From Candidatus Sericytochromatia bacterium (GTDB taxonomy: Bacteria > Cyanobacteriota > Sericytochromatia > UBA7694), in contig JADMKE010000003.1 in the NCBI GenBank assembly GCA_018780035.1, forward strand, positions 82,753-146,752: 64,000 nucleotides of DNA. Reading direction: 5' to 3'. Shown piece after piece: positions 28,825 through 37,738 of the stretch (position 1 is the stretch's first letter; each line of letters opens with the position of its first letter). Made by a program: the position numbers and the translations under genes. The notes beneath the pieces are model-generated. The model ran no database searches. It had not been told where the DNA came from and saw nothing but the letters and a program-made list of their open reading frames with translations.

Positions 28825-30515
28825 TGGCTCATTTGCTCAGGGTTGTCAGACAGCGCCAAGGCGTCTGAACCGCTGATCACACAATTATCATAAAATTCAA
28901 ACAGCGACATATTGCCCGATTGCATGCCGTCGTAAGGGCTGGTCTCAATGACCTTATACAGCTCATTGATTTCATTGCGACGAATATAATCGCGGGAGTT
29001 GTCACCACGGGCATTGGGGGTGATCAACAAAATCTCGATTGAGCAGACGCGGCCGGGGCGATCCCAGCGTTTGAGCAGACGTTGCGAGATCGAGGCTCGA
29101 ATCGTCTCAGAGAGCTGCAAACGCACCTGTTCCTGCTCGTGGGGTGGGAAGGTATTGATGATACGGTTAATCGTCTGAACTGCGTCGTTGGTATGCAAGG
29201 TGCTTAAGACCAAGTGACCGGTTTCCGCCGCTTTGAGACCCGCGATAATCGTGTCTTGGTCGCGCATTTCCCCGATCAGGATGATATCCGGCTTTTGACG
29301 CAAGCCAGCACGCATACCCATCGGAAAGCTGAGCGAGTCGATTTCAATCGCCCGCTGGGTAAAGACGGAGTTTTTATTGGTGTAGACATATTCCACCGGA
29401 TTTTCCAGGGTCAAAACGTGACTCTGTCGATTTTGGTTGGCAAACTCGATGATGGAGGCCAAGGTGGTTGTTTTGCCCGAACCTGTTTGGCCGGTTACCA
29501 GAACCAATCCCAAACGTTCAAAAACCAATTTCTTGAGAATCTGGGGAATGATCAATACGTGGGTGGGCAAAGGATCGTTGGGAATCAAACGGAGAACCAT
29601 GCCGACTGTGCCCTGGGCCCAATAGACATTACAGCGGAAACGGGCCACACCCGGTACCGAAAAGGATGTATCCATTTCGCGGGTCTCTTCAAATTGCATA
29701 ATCTGCTCTTCGCTCAAGGCGCGGAAAGCGTAGTGCTGGGTGTCTTCTGCTTCCAAAAAGGTGAGAAACTCGGGGTGTGCCACAACATCACCCCGCAAGA
29801 CCCCCAGCGGACGGCAGGCCGCTTTAATATGGATATCGTCTGCGCCCCATTGCACCATGGCTTTGAGAATATTAAACAGCGAAGGAATATTCCGTTCGCG
29901 TTCGTATTCATCTTGCTGAAAGCCACTTTGATCCAACTCTTTGACTTCGGCGGTCATCGCCCTGAAACGGCTGTCGACAATTTCTTCAATATCCGGGCGC
30001 AGGGCTTCGAGTTCATTGCCCACCTGGTCGGGCATACCCAAAGGCTCTACGACCTTCATGAAGTTTTTGATTTCCAAATACTGGTCGGTGTGTCCCAGTG
30101 GACTGTCACCCAAATTGCGCATGATTTCGCGGAAGCCCGGCATTCTGTGATTGACAATGCCGTGAACAATTTCCATGGGAATAACCAGGTTTTTATTGGT
30201 GATCGGATTGGCCACCTCCAGGTAAACCCCTTCGATAATGGCATCGTCACCCGGCACGCTCGATTTGGTGCGTTGGTTGCGGAAGTGTTTAATACAATAG
30301 GGCTTTTTCTTGTCTTTGCACTCTTGCACCACTTCTTGCACGATCTGATCGTGAATTTGGCGCAATTCTAGATTGTCAAAGACACTGCGTACCGCAGGCA
30401 GGTATTTTTCCATCACCATGTCTCTCAACATGTTTTCACTCATCAGCTGGCGAAAATAGGCGGCAGTGGCGTCTAATTTCTGAGGAGAGAGCATATTCGG
30501 TAGATCTTGCGACAT
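28788..30515 (-). CDS. PilT-like type IV pilus retraction / secretion ATPase with ~200-aa N-terminal extension
   Basis: 575 aa. Motifs ADDIHIKA, Walker A GQTGSGKTTTLA, HVLTLENPVEY, GEMRD and His-box GHLVLSTLHTNDA. Confidence 0.75.
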   Translation of the reverse strand: MSQDLPNMLSPQKLDATAAYFRQLMSENMLRDMVMEKYLPAVRSVFDNLELRQIHDQIVQEVVQECKDKKKPYCIKHFRNQRTKSSVPGDDAIIEGVYLEVANPITNKNLVIPMEIVHGIVNHRMPGFREIMRNLGDSPLGHTDQYLEIKNFMKVVEPLGMPDQVGNELEALRPDIEEIVDSRFRAMTAEVKELDQSGFQQDEYERERNIPSLFNILKAMVQWGADDIHIKAACRPLGVLRGDVVAHPEFLTFLEAEDTQHYAFRALSEEQIMQFEETREMDTSFSVPGVARFRCNVYWAQGTVGMVLRLIPNDPLPTHVLIIPQILKKLVFERLGLVLVTGQTGSGKTTTLASIIEFANQNRQSHVLTLENPVEYVYTNKNSVFTQRAIEIDSLSFPMGMRAGLRQKPDIILIGEMRDQDTIIAGLKAAETGHLVLSTLHTNDAVQTINRIINTFPPHEQEQVRLQLSETIRASISQRLLKRWDRPGRVCSIEILLITPNARGDNSRDYIRRNEINELYKVIETSPYDGMQSGNMSLFEFYDNCVISGSDALALSDNPEQMSQWIRRVAGKGVS

Positions 30516-30616
30516 GGAAACGGTTCCCTCTTTTTCTTGTGTCTTTGCGTTCAGTGCGTTCAGTATACCACCCTGTTCTCTGGACCACGAATAGAGGGAT
30601 TAGGTTTTAGGTTCTG

Positions 30617-30661
30617 GGGGAGAGGTTTTAGGAACAACGTCCCTGCCTAAAACCTCTCCCC
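30617..30661. promoter_or_regulatory. Perfect 16-bp inverted repeat (GGGGAGAGGTTTTAGG-N13-CCTAAAACCTCTCCCC) in a divergent intergenic region; a 9-bp tandem GCGTTCAGT x2 lies nearby at 30547-30564
   Basis: Seen directly, between the PilT-like gene start (30515, -) and the FAAL gene start (30722, +). Confidence 0.4.
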
Positions 30662-30721
30662 TATCCACTCAGACCTGATTCATTTCTCAGCCTGCTTAAG
30701 TTAAAATAGGCTAGTCTGACT

Positions 30722-32434
30722 TTGCCGCCCCAGGAGTTTTGGATGTCTCAATTGCTTGTCTCCTGTTTAGACCCCGCCAAAAATGGCGAAGAAATCGTTT
30801 ATGCACAATGGCATGAAAACCCTGACAAACGTTTGCAACTGAGTGGGACAGAGGTCTTAAAACAGGTCGAGGCAGTGGCTGCAAGTTTGGCCAAGCGCTA
30901 CCCACCCCAGAGCCGTATTTTGCTCTTGTTTGAGCCCGGGCTTGAATTTCCTTTGGCTTTTTGGGCCTGCCTGCGTGCAGGCATGGTGGCCATTCCCACC
31001 TTTCCGCCAGCAGACCCGCGCACCCGCACACGTTTCTTGGGCATTGCCGAAGATGCCCAAGCCGTGGCTGTCTTGACTTCTTCGCCCCTGCTCAAACTCT
31101 CAAAATGGGTCAAGTGGCTGGTGGGGAGCCTGCGACGCATGCATTGGCATGCCTTGGAGGACCTGGCCGCTGAAGTCCCACAGGGCCAAGGACCTGCTTT
31201 GCCCAGCGAAAATGACCTGGCTCTTTTGCAATACACCTCGGGTTCGACAGGCAGCCCGCGGGGGGTAATGTTGAGCCATGGCAATGTCTACGCTAATTTG
31301 CTCTCACTGGTCGCACCTTGGCAAACCATGCCCGCTATCAAGGAACATATTGTCTCTTGGCTGCCGCTTTATCACGATATGGGCCTGATGGCGGGCATTG
31401 TCTTTCCGCGCTTTATCAACGCCCGCGCGACAACGTTTTCGCCTTTGTATTTTTTGCAAAAGCCCAAGCGTTGGCTGATGGCGCTGAGTGAAACCCAGGG
31501 TACTATCAGCTGTGCGCCCAATTTTGCCTTTGGTATGTGCCTAAAAAAGATTTCCGAAGAACAATTGGCAGGATTAGACCTTCGCCATTGGCGCATCTCT
31601 CTCAATGGCGCCGAAGCTATCAATCCCGAGACCCTGGAGCGCTTCGCTGAACGCTTTGCTCCCTGTGGATTTAAGAATACGGCTTATTACAATGCCTACG
31701 GTATGGCGGAAACAGCTGTGTTTGTGACAGGTGGAAAACCCCTGAACACCCCCGTTGTACGCAGTTTTGAACGCGAAGCCCTGAGTCAACACCACGTTGT
31801 TCCCAGCCCAGAGGGGCGTGTCATGGTTGGGCTGGGCCAAAGCTGGGCAGATACCCAGCTTTGTATTGTCGATCCCGAGACCTGTCAACGCCTGGGGCCC
31901 ACACAGGTCGGCGAAATTTGGATTCAGGGAGGCAGCGTCGGCTTGGGCTATTGGCGGCGCCCCGAAGAGACCCAAGCGACATTTGCTGCCGAAATTGCCG
32001 CAGAACCCACGGCCGGAAAATGGCTGCGCAGCGGTGATCTGGGGTTTATCTTTGAAGGTGATTTGTTTATCACGGGGCGGCGCAAAGAACTGATCATTTT
32101 GCAGGGGCAAAACCACTCTCCCCCGGTCATTGAACAGGCCGTCCAAACCGCCAATACCCACTTTCGCACGGGCTGTGGGGCGGCCTTTTCGGTAGGAGAA
32201 TCCCCTGAAAAACTAATTCTGGTCCAAGAAGTGCGCAATGAATGCCCTCTTTCTGCCTCTGAACTCGAAGCCATTGCCCGCAAGGCCTTGGCTGAAGCAG
32301 AAGGTTTGCACCTCGATGAATTGGTCTTGGTCGAGACAGGGTCCTTGCCCAAGACCTCCAGTGGCAAAATCCAACGTAATCTTTGCCAAAATGTGTATCT
32401 CAAAGGAAAACTAAAAAAATGGAAAAAACGTTAA
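30722..32434 (+). CDS. Fatty acyl-AMP ligase (FAAL-type AMP-dependent synthetase)
   Basis: 570 aa. AMP-binding motif LQYTSGSTGSPRGVMLSHGNV and a FAAL-like insertion region. An acyl carrier protein gene follows directly. Confidence 0.8.
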   Translation: MPPQEFWMSQLLVSCLDPAKNGEEIVYAQWHENPDKRLQLSGTEVLKQVEAVAASLAKRYPPQSRILLLFEPGLEFPLAFWACLRAGMVAIPTFPPADPRTRTRFLGIAEDAQAVAVLTSSPLLKLSKWVKWLVGSLRRMHWHALEDLAAEVPQGQGPALPSENDLALLQYTSGSTGSPRGVMLSHGNVYANLLSLVAPWQTMPAIKEHIVSWLPLYHDMGLMAGIVFPRFINARATTFSPLYFLQKPKRWLMALSETQGTISCAPNFAFGMCLKKISEEQLAGLDLRHWRISLNGAEAINPETLERFAERFAPCGFKNTAYYNAYGMAETAVFVTGGKPLNTPVVRSFEREALSQHHVVPSPEGRVMVGLGQSWADTQLCIVDPETCQRLGPTQVGEIWIQGGSVGLGYWRRPEETQATFAAEIAAEPTAGKWLRSGDLGFIFEGDLFITGRRKELIILQGQNHSPPVIEQAVQTANTHFRTGCGAAFSVGESPEKLILVQEVRNECPLSASELEAIARKALAEAEGLHLDELVLVETGSLPKTSSGKIQRNLCQNVYLKGKLKKWKKR

Positions 32435-32685
32435 AACCCAAGCGCAGCGAGCTTGAAAGTTGGTTCTTGAGCGAAATCGCTGAGCAGACCGAACGCGCTG
32501 TCTCAGAGATTGATCCCGAACAACCCTTTGCTGCTTTGGGATTGGATTCCACTGTGATAATTTCGCTCACGGGTGAAATGGAAGACAAATGGGGCTTGGA
32601 GTTGGATCCCACTTTGGTCTTTGAATACCCCAGCATTTCCCGGCTTTTGAGCTATTTGGAGGCAGAAGGTGTGGTTGCTGCCTGA
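32419..32685 (+). CDS. Acyl carrier protein / PCP (phosphopantetheine attachment site LGLDS)
   Basis: About 88 aa starting at MEKTLKP; the ORF track has it from 32383. Contains FAALGLDSTVIISLTGEMEDKWG. Overlaps the FAAL stop by 16 nt. Confidence 0.75.
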   Translation: MEKTLKPKRSELESWFLSEIAEQTERAVSEIDPEQPFAALGLDSTVIISLTGEMEDKWGLELDPTLVFEYPSISRLLSYLEAEGVVAA

Positions 32686-33886
32686 TCTCCTGCAGGCCCT
32701 GCAAATAGCTCAAATCCATTTGAGTGTGCAGGGGGGAGAATTACATGTTCGAGCCCCCCGTGGCGCCCTCACCCCTGAGCTGCAAAGGGGCATCCGCGAC
32801 ATGCGCGGTGAATTGCTTGCCCATTTGATGCCACTTGAAAAAATAACCAAATTCAGCCTGTTTTTCTTTGGCAAAGCCGATTATGCCCAGGCTCAGGGCT
32901 ACGAAAGCTTGATTCAAATTGCCAAACAGGCTGATCAATGGGGCTATGCGGGCATTTGGACTCCCGAACGGCATTTTGACTCGCTGGGGGGATTTTTTCC
33001 CAGCCCAGCGGTGCTGGCAGCCGCGCTGGCACGCGAGACAAAACAGCTGAAGTTGCGGGCTGGCAGTGTCGTCTTACCCCTGCATAACCCGATTCGCGTG
33101 AGCGAAGATTGGGCTGTGGTGGATCATCTCAGTGGAGGACGGGTGGAATTGTCGTTTGCCACTGGCTGGCACAGCCATGATTTTGCTCTGGCACCAGAAC
33201 ATTATGCGGATCGCCATGCGCACATGTACAAAAATATCGAAGCCGTCAGAGCGCTCTGGCGCGGCGAAAAACGTGAATTGCGTGAAGGCAGTGGGAGTAC
33301 CATTGCCATTCAGACCCACCCACGCCCAGTGCAAACAGAGCTGCCTATCTGGATCACCGCTATCGGCAATCCCGAATCGTATCAGAAAATTGGCTCAGTC
33401 GGAGCCCATCTTCTGACCTGTCTTTTGGATCAAGAAGTCGAAGAACTGAGCGCTAAACTCAAGCTCTACCGCCAAGCACTGGCGGAGGCGGGCCATGACC
33501 CCGCCCAGTTTCAAGTTTGCGTTTTTTTGCATACCTTTTTGGGCCGCGATCTCGCAACTGTGCGCGCCACGGTGGCTGAACCTTTAAAAGACTATTTGCG
33601 CAGCACCTTACACCTGCTGGGCAAACTGAGCCAAAGTGCGGGGCTTGAACTGAATCCCGAGGCCTTTTCCGCTGAAGATACCGAGACCCTTTTGGAATTT
33701 GCCTTCGAACGCTATTTCTCCCGCAGGTCCCTGATGGGGACTCCCGAAAGCGTGGCCCCTTTATTGCAAGCACTTAAAGCGGCAGGGGTCAACGAAATTG
33801 CCTGTTTGGTGGATTTTGGCCCCAGCCCTGAAGCCATTCTGGGCAGCCTGGAAATTTTAGCGGGCATGTTCTCCAACCCAGACTAA
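32669..33886 (+). CDS. Luciferase-like (LLM-class) flavin-dependent monooxygenase, natural-product (MupA/Atu3266-like) type
   Basis: 405 aa. FSLFFFG ... YAGIWTPERHF ... LPLHNPIRVSEDWAVVDHLSGGRVELSFATGW fits the LLM TIM barrel. Overlaps the ACP stop. Confidence 0.7.
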   Translation: MWLLPDLLQALQIAQIHLSVQGGELHVRAPRGALTPELQRGIRDMRGELLAHLMPLEKITKFSLFFFGKADYAQAQGYESLIQIAKQADQWGYAGIWTPERHFDSLGGFFPSPAVLAAALARETKQLKLRAGSVVLPLHNPIRVSEDWAVVDHLSGGRVELSFATGWHSHDFALAPEHYADRHAHMYKNIEAVRALWRGEKRELREGSGSTIAIQTHPRPVQTELPIWITAIGNPESYQKIGSVGAHLLTCLLDQEVEELSAKLKLYRQALAEAGHDPAQFQVCVFLHTFLGRDLATVRATVAEPLKDYLRSTLHLLGKLSQSAGLELNPEAFSAEDTETLLEFAFERYFSRRSLMGTPESVAPLLQALKAAGVNEIACLVDFGPSPEAILGSLEILAGMFSNPD

Positions 33887-33954
33887 ACTTGCTCCATGCT
33901 TGAAATGCGCAACCAGAAAATGGCATAATCTGAATATCCCTGAAGGAGCCTGCA

Positions 33955-34527
33955 ATGCCAGCCATTCAATTCTGCCCGGCCTGTGGAGGGCCGATCCAAG
34001 AACTGATTCCCGTCGGAGATAACCGCAAACGGCCAGTCTGCTCGGCCTGTGCACGGGTGCATTACCAAAATCCGAATGTGGTTGTGGGCTGTGTCGCTTA
34101 TTATCAAGAGGGCTATTTGCTCTGCCGGCGCGCCATTGAGCCCCGCAGCGGATTTTGGACCATTCCCGCTGGTTATCTTGAACTCAACGAAAGTACCGAA
34201 GAAGGGGCCTTGCGCGAGGCCCATGAGGAGTCGGGGGCCCATTTGGAAATCCGTTCACTTTTGGCTGTTTATAATTTGCCCCACCTCTCACAAGTACAAT
34301 TGCTCTATTTGGCTGAAATGACAACCCCTGCTCTGATGCCCGGTGAAGAGAGCTTGGAAGCTGAGATTTTTGCCTGGCAAGATATTCCCTGGTCAGAACT
34401 GGCTTTCCCGACGGTCTTTTGGGCCTTGCATCACGCCCGTTTGATGCGCACGAACAAAACGCTCAGCCCAGATTTGGCTTCGGAAAAGTTATTAAGACCG
34501 GCCCCCACCAACCCTTTAGAGGCCTAA
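33955..34527 (+). CDS. NUDIX hydrolase with N-terminal zinc ribbon
   Basis: 190 aa. CPACGG ... CSACARVHY zinc ribbon, then Nudix box GYLELNESTEEGALREAHEESG. Confidence 0.75.
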   Translation: MPAIQFCPACGGPIQELIPVGDNRKRPVCSACARVHYQNPNVVVGCVAYYQEGYLLCRRAIEPRSGFWTIPAGYLELNESTEEGALREAHEESGAHLEIRSLLAVYNLPHLSQVQLLYLAEMTTPALMPGEESLEAEIFAWQDIPWSELAFPTVFWALHHARLMRTNKTLSPDLASEKLLRPAPTNPLEA

Positions 34528-34530
34528 GGC

Positions 34531-35946
34531 GTGCGTGCCAAGGTTGCCGTAGCGGGAGCCAGCGGCTATATTGGCTCATGCCTGATTCAGGCGCTTTTGC
34601 CCCATTATGATGTGATTGCGCTCAGTCGTTCGCCCCAGGCCGATTCTCCCGGTGTGGAGTGGCGCTACTGTGATTTATTCTCCTTGCTCCAGGCCGAAAT
34701 GGGATTGCAGGGCGCCGATTACGCCTTTTACTTGGTGCATTCGATGTTGCCTTCGGCCCATTTGAGCCAAGGCCACTTTGCCGATATGGACCTGATTCTG
34801 GCAGATAATTTTGCCCGTGCCTGTCAACAGACGGGCGTTGAACATATTGTCTACCTTGGTGGGATTATTCCCGAATTTGGCGATCTCTCAAACCATTTGC
34901 GCAGCCGCCTGGAAGTCGAACAAACCCTGGCGGATTACCGTGTGCCAGTGACTTCGATTCGGGCTTCGATCATTGTAGGGCCCCGTGGGTCCTCCTTTCA
35001 AATTATTGAAAAGCTGGTCAAACGGCTGCCGATCATGCTTTGCCCGCCCTGGACCTTGACCCAAACCCAACCCATTGCCCTTGATGATGTGATCGCGATT
35101 TTGGTCAAAACCCTGGGACAAACTGAATTTTATTGGCGTTTCTTTGATGTGGGAGGGCCAGATATTCTCAGTTACCTCGATCTGATGAAAGAGACCGCCC
35201 GGGTCATGAATCTCAAGCGTTTGATACTGCCGGTTCCCTGGATGCCTGTCAATATCTCTCGTTTTTGGGTCAGTTTAATCGCAAGTGCCCCACCAGAATT
35301 GGTCAATCCCCTGGTGGAAAGCCTCAAACACCCTATGGTGGCGCATTCGCTTGAATTGCAAACCCAATTGGGGATTCAAGGTCTGGGCTTTTCTGAATCG
35401 GTCGAAAAAGCACTCTTGATTCAGAGACAGGCCCCCACTATCAGACGGCCCAAACGGGCCAAGTATACTGAAAGTCTGCAATTCTCAGACAATATTTATC
35501 CCGAATTGGAAAAAATTGTGCGTTCGGTCCAGCGTTTACCTTTGCCTGCTGGCAAAAACGCCCTCTGGATCGCCGAAAAATACACCCTGTGGTTGCCGCG
35601 TTTTTTGCATCCCTTTGTGCGGGTCGATGTAGACAGTCAGCGCACCTGCCGGTTTTATCTCAAGGGTATTCGTTCGCCCCTGCTCGTGCTCAAGTTCTCA
35701 GTCGAACGCAGCAATTTACACCGCACACTTTTTTATATCACCGGGGGCCTTTTGGCCAGCCGCAAAACCCGCCTGCGCGGTCGACTGGAATTTCGCGAAG
35801 TTTTGGGGCAAAATTACGTGATTGCAGCCATTCACGATTTTTCCCCCAGTTTGCCCTGGTTCATTTATAACTGGACCCAGGCTTTGATGCACCTCTGGGT
35901 GATGCACGGTTTTCGCCGCTACCTGCGCTCGCTGGATGTGATGTAA
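34531..35946 (+). CDS. NAD(P)-binding SDR/epimerase-family protein with C-terminal DUF2867-like domain
   Basis: 471 aa. Rossmann fold VAVAGASGYIGSCL and a long C-terminal extension. Starts 3 nt after the NUDIX stop. Confidence 0.6.
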   Translation: MRAKVAVAGASGYIGSCLIQALLPHYDVIALSRSPQADSPGVEWRYCDLFSLLQAEMGLQGADYAFYLVHSMLPSAHLSQGHFADMDLILADNFARACQQTGVEHIVYLGGIIPEFGDLSNHLRSRLEVEQTLADYRVPVTSIRASIIVGPRGSSFQIIEKLVKRLPIMLCPPWTLTQTQPIALDDVIAILVKTLGQTEFYWRFFDVGGPDILSYLDLMKETARVMNLKRLILPVPWMPVNISRFWVSLIASAPPELVNPLVESLKHPMVAHSLELQTQLGIQGLGFSESVEKALLIQRQAPTIRRPKRAKYTESLQFSDNIYPELEKIVRSVQRLPLPAGKNALWIAEKYTLWLPRFLHPFVRVDVDSQRTCRFYLKGIRSPLLVLKFSVERSNLHRTLFYITGGLLASRKTRLRGRLEFREVLGQNYVIAAIHDFSPSLPWFIYNWTQALMHLWVMHGFRRYLRSLDVM

Positions 35947-35961
35947 GTTTTAAACCTTCAA

Positions 35962-37644
35962 CTAAAGTGGCAAAGCCTCTGATGTTGGCGATTTCATCAG
36001 AACATAAATCACCGTCGCAGCTGCTTCACGCAAATGAATGGCTTGAATGCCCAGATTTTCAAAGACCTCCCGGCCTTTCAGATCGTTGATCACCGAAATC
36101 AGTCTTACCTCTGGGTTGATCTTTTTGACGATTTGACAGACACGCAAATTCAGCCAATCGTCTTCGGAGGTTGTGATCAAGGTGGTGATATTTTTGAGTT
36201 GATGGAGTGCATCTTTGTATATTTTTTCTTCACGGGCGTCAGCACTGATCACATAGACGCCTTCTGAGCTCAGTTTTTTTAGCGATTCCAAGCGCTGGGG
36301 ATCATTTTCAATTAAAATAATTCCCTCTTTTTGGGTCGCCTTGAGCTGCTCTATCAACTTTTTGCCCACGACACCGCCACCCACAATCAAGACGCTCGAA
36401 GGCGCGATATCCAAGATTGAAGCCATATACTTTGCACCTGCTCCTTCAATAATTACCGTTATCAAGACGGTCATAAAGACCATACCGCGGATGATGCCAC
36501 TGCCTTCAATCCCATAGGCATCCATTTCCAAACTAAAAAAAGTGGCCGCTGAGGCTGCGACAATCCCCCGTGGGCCCAACCAGGATATAAAGATCCGCTC
36601 TCGCCAGCTGATCTTTTCAAAGGCGGTGGAGAGCAGAACCCCCACAGGCCTGACTACCCACATCAGAATCAACACGCAGAGAGCCCCCGGCAAACCAATT
36701 TTTTTCAATAAATTGAGGTCCAAACTGGCTGAGAGCAACAGAAAAACAACTGTAATCGATAATAAAGTCAGATCCCCTTTAAACTCTTTGATTGAGCTTT
36801 TATGGGGAAAAGGGGTGTTGCCAATAATCATTCCCGCCACAGCCACAGAAGCAATTCCGCTTTCATGGGACACCAATTCACCGAGCATATATGCCGAAAC
36901 GGTTGTGCCCAAAACCAACATGCGCACGACTTCGCCCCGCATGGGGCTAAACAGGGTCGCTGTGCGACGGGCCAACCAAGCACAAAAGGAACCTGTGGCC
37001 GCACCCAAGACCAAGCTGAGCAACATGTTTTTTAAAATAGGCATTAAACCCGCGTCGGGCCCATGACTGGCGCCCGCAATAATATAGTTAAAAATGCTGA
37101 CAGCGGCAATCACACCCACGGCATCCACCAAAACCGCTTCGGTTTCGAGAATCGTTTTGACTTTTTGGCTGACATGAATGCGGCGCAAAATGGGCGCGAT
37201 CACCGTCGGCCCCGTTACAGAAACCAAACCGGCATACATCAAGGCAATCCGCCATTCGATGCCCAATAAATGACTCGTCACCCACGCCATGGCTAAAATG
37301 GTGATCAGGACATTGAGCGTAATCAAACCCAGAACACTGACCAAATGGTGGCGTAGATGATTAAAATCTATCATCAAGCCCCCTTCAAAAACCACAATCG
37401 CCACCGCCACGGCAATGATCGCGCGAATGCCTACCGAACTGTAAACATCGGGGTTGATCCAATTGAGCCCCTGTTTGCCCAATAAACTGCCGAAGAGCAA
37501 AAGAAAGATAATGGCAGGTAAAGATGTTTTGTCTGAAAGGATTTGGGCGATGGTGCCCAAAAGGAAAATCAAAGCTGTTGTCAGAACTATGACCAAAGAG
37601 GGATAGTGAGAAAGATATTCTCCAAGTTGAGTCAAATCATTCAT
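35962..37644 (-). CDS. Cation:proton antiporter (CPA family) with C-terminal RCK/TrkA-N domain
   Basis: 560 aa. About 11-12 TM helices, then the Rossmann motif VLIVGGGVVGKKLIEQL. Confidence 0.75.
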   Translation of the reverse strand: MNDLTQLGEYLSHYPSLVIVLTTALIFLLGTIAQILSDKTSLPAIIFLLLFGSLLGKQGLNWINPDVYSSVGIRAIIAVAVAIVVFEGGLMIDFNHLRHHLVSVLGLITLNVLITILAMAWVTSHLLGIEWRIALMYAGLVSVTGPTVIAPILRRIHVSQKVKTILETEAVLVDAVGVIAAVSIFNYIIAGASHGPDAGLMPILKNMLLSLVLGAATGSFCAWLARRTATLFSPMRGEVVRMLVLGTTVSAYMLGELVSHESGIASVAVAGMIIGNTPFPHKSSIKEFKGDLTLLSITVVFLLLSASLDLNLLKKIGLPGALCVLILMWVVRPVGVLLSTAFEKISWRERIFISWLGPRGIVAASAATFFSLEMDAYGIEGSGIIRGMVFMTVLITVIIEGAGAKYMASILDIAPSSVLIVGGGVVGKKLIEQLKATQKEGIILIENDPQRLESLKKLSSEGVYVISADAREEKIYKDALHQLKNITTLITTSEDDWLNLRVCQIVKKINPEVRLISVINDLKGREVFENLGIQAIHLREAAATVIYVLMKSPTSEALPL

Positions 37645-37738
37645 TTACTTATTTTCTTCTGATTAAGCTTAGATTGTCAATCCAATATAGTCAATTGCCT
37701 GGCTCACAGGTATGATGATATACACATAAGGTAATCTG

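Noticed and set aside
29214-30371. 385-aa plus-strand ORF
   Set aside because: Antisense to the PilT-like ATPase, whose sense frame carries all the PilT motifs.
30547-30564. 9-bp tandem direct repeat GCGTTCAGT x2, briefly considered as a CRISPR-like or mini-satellite feature
   Set aside because: Only two units and no spacer architecture, so it is not a CRISPR array. Kept only as part of the regulatory-region observation.
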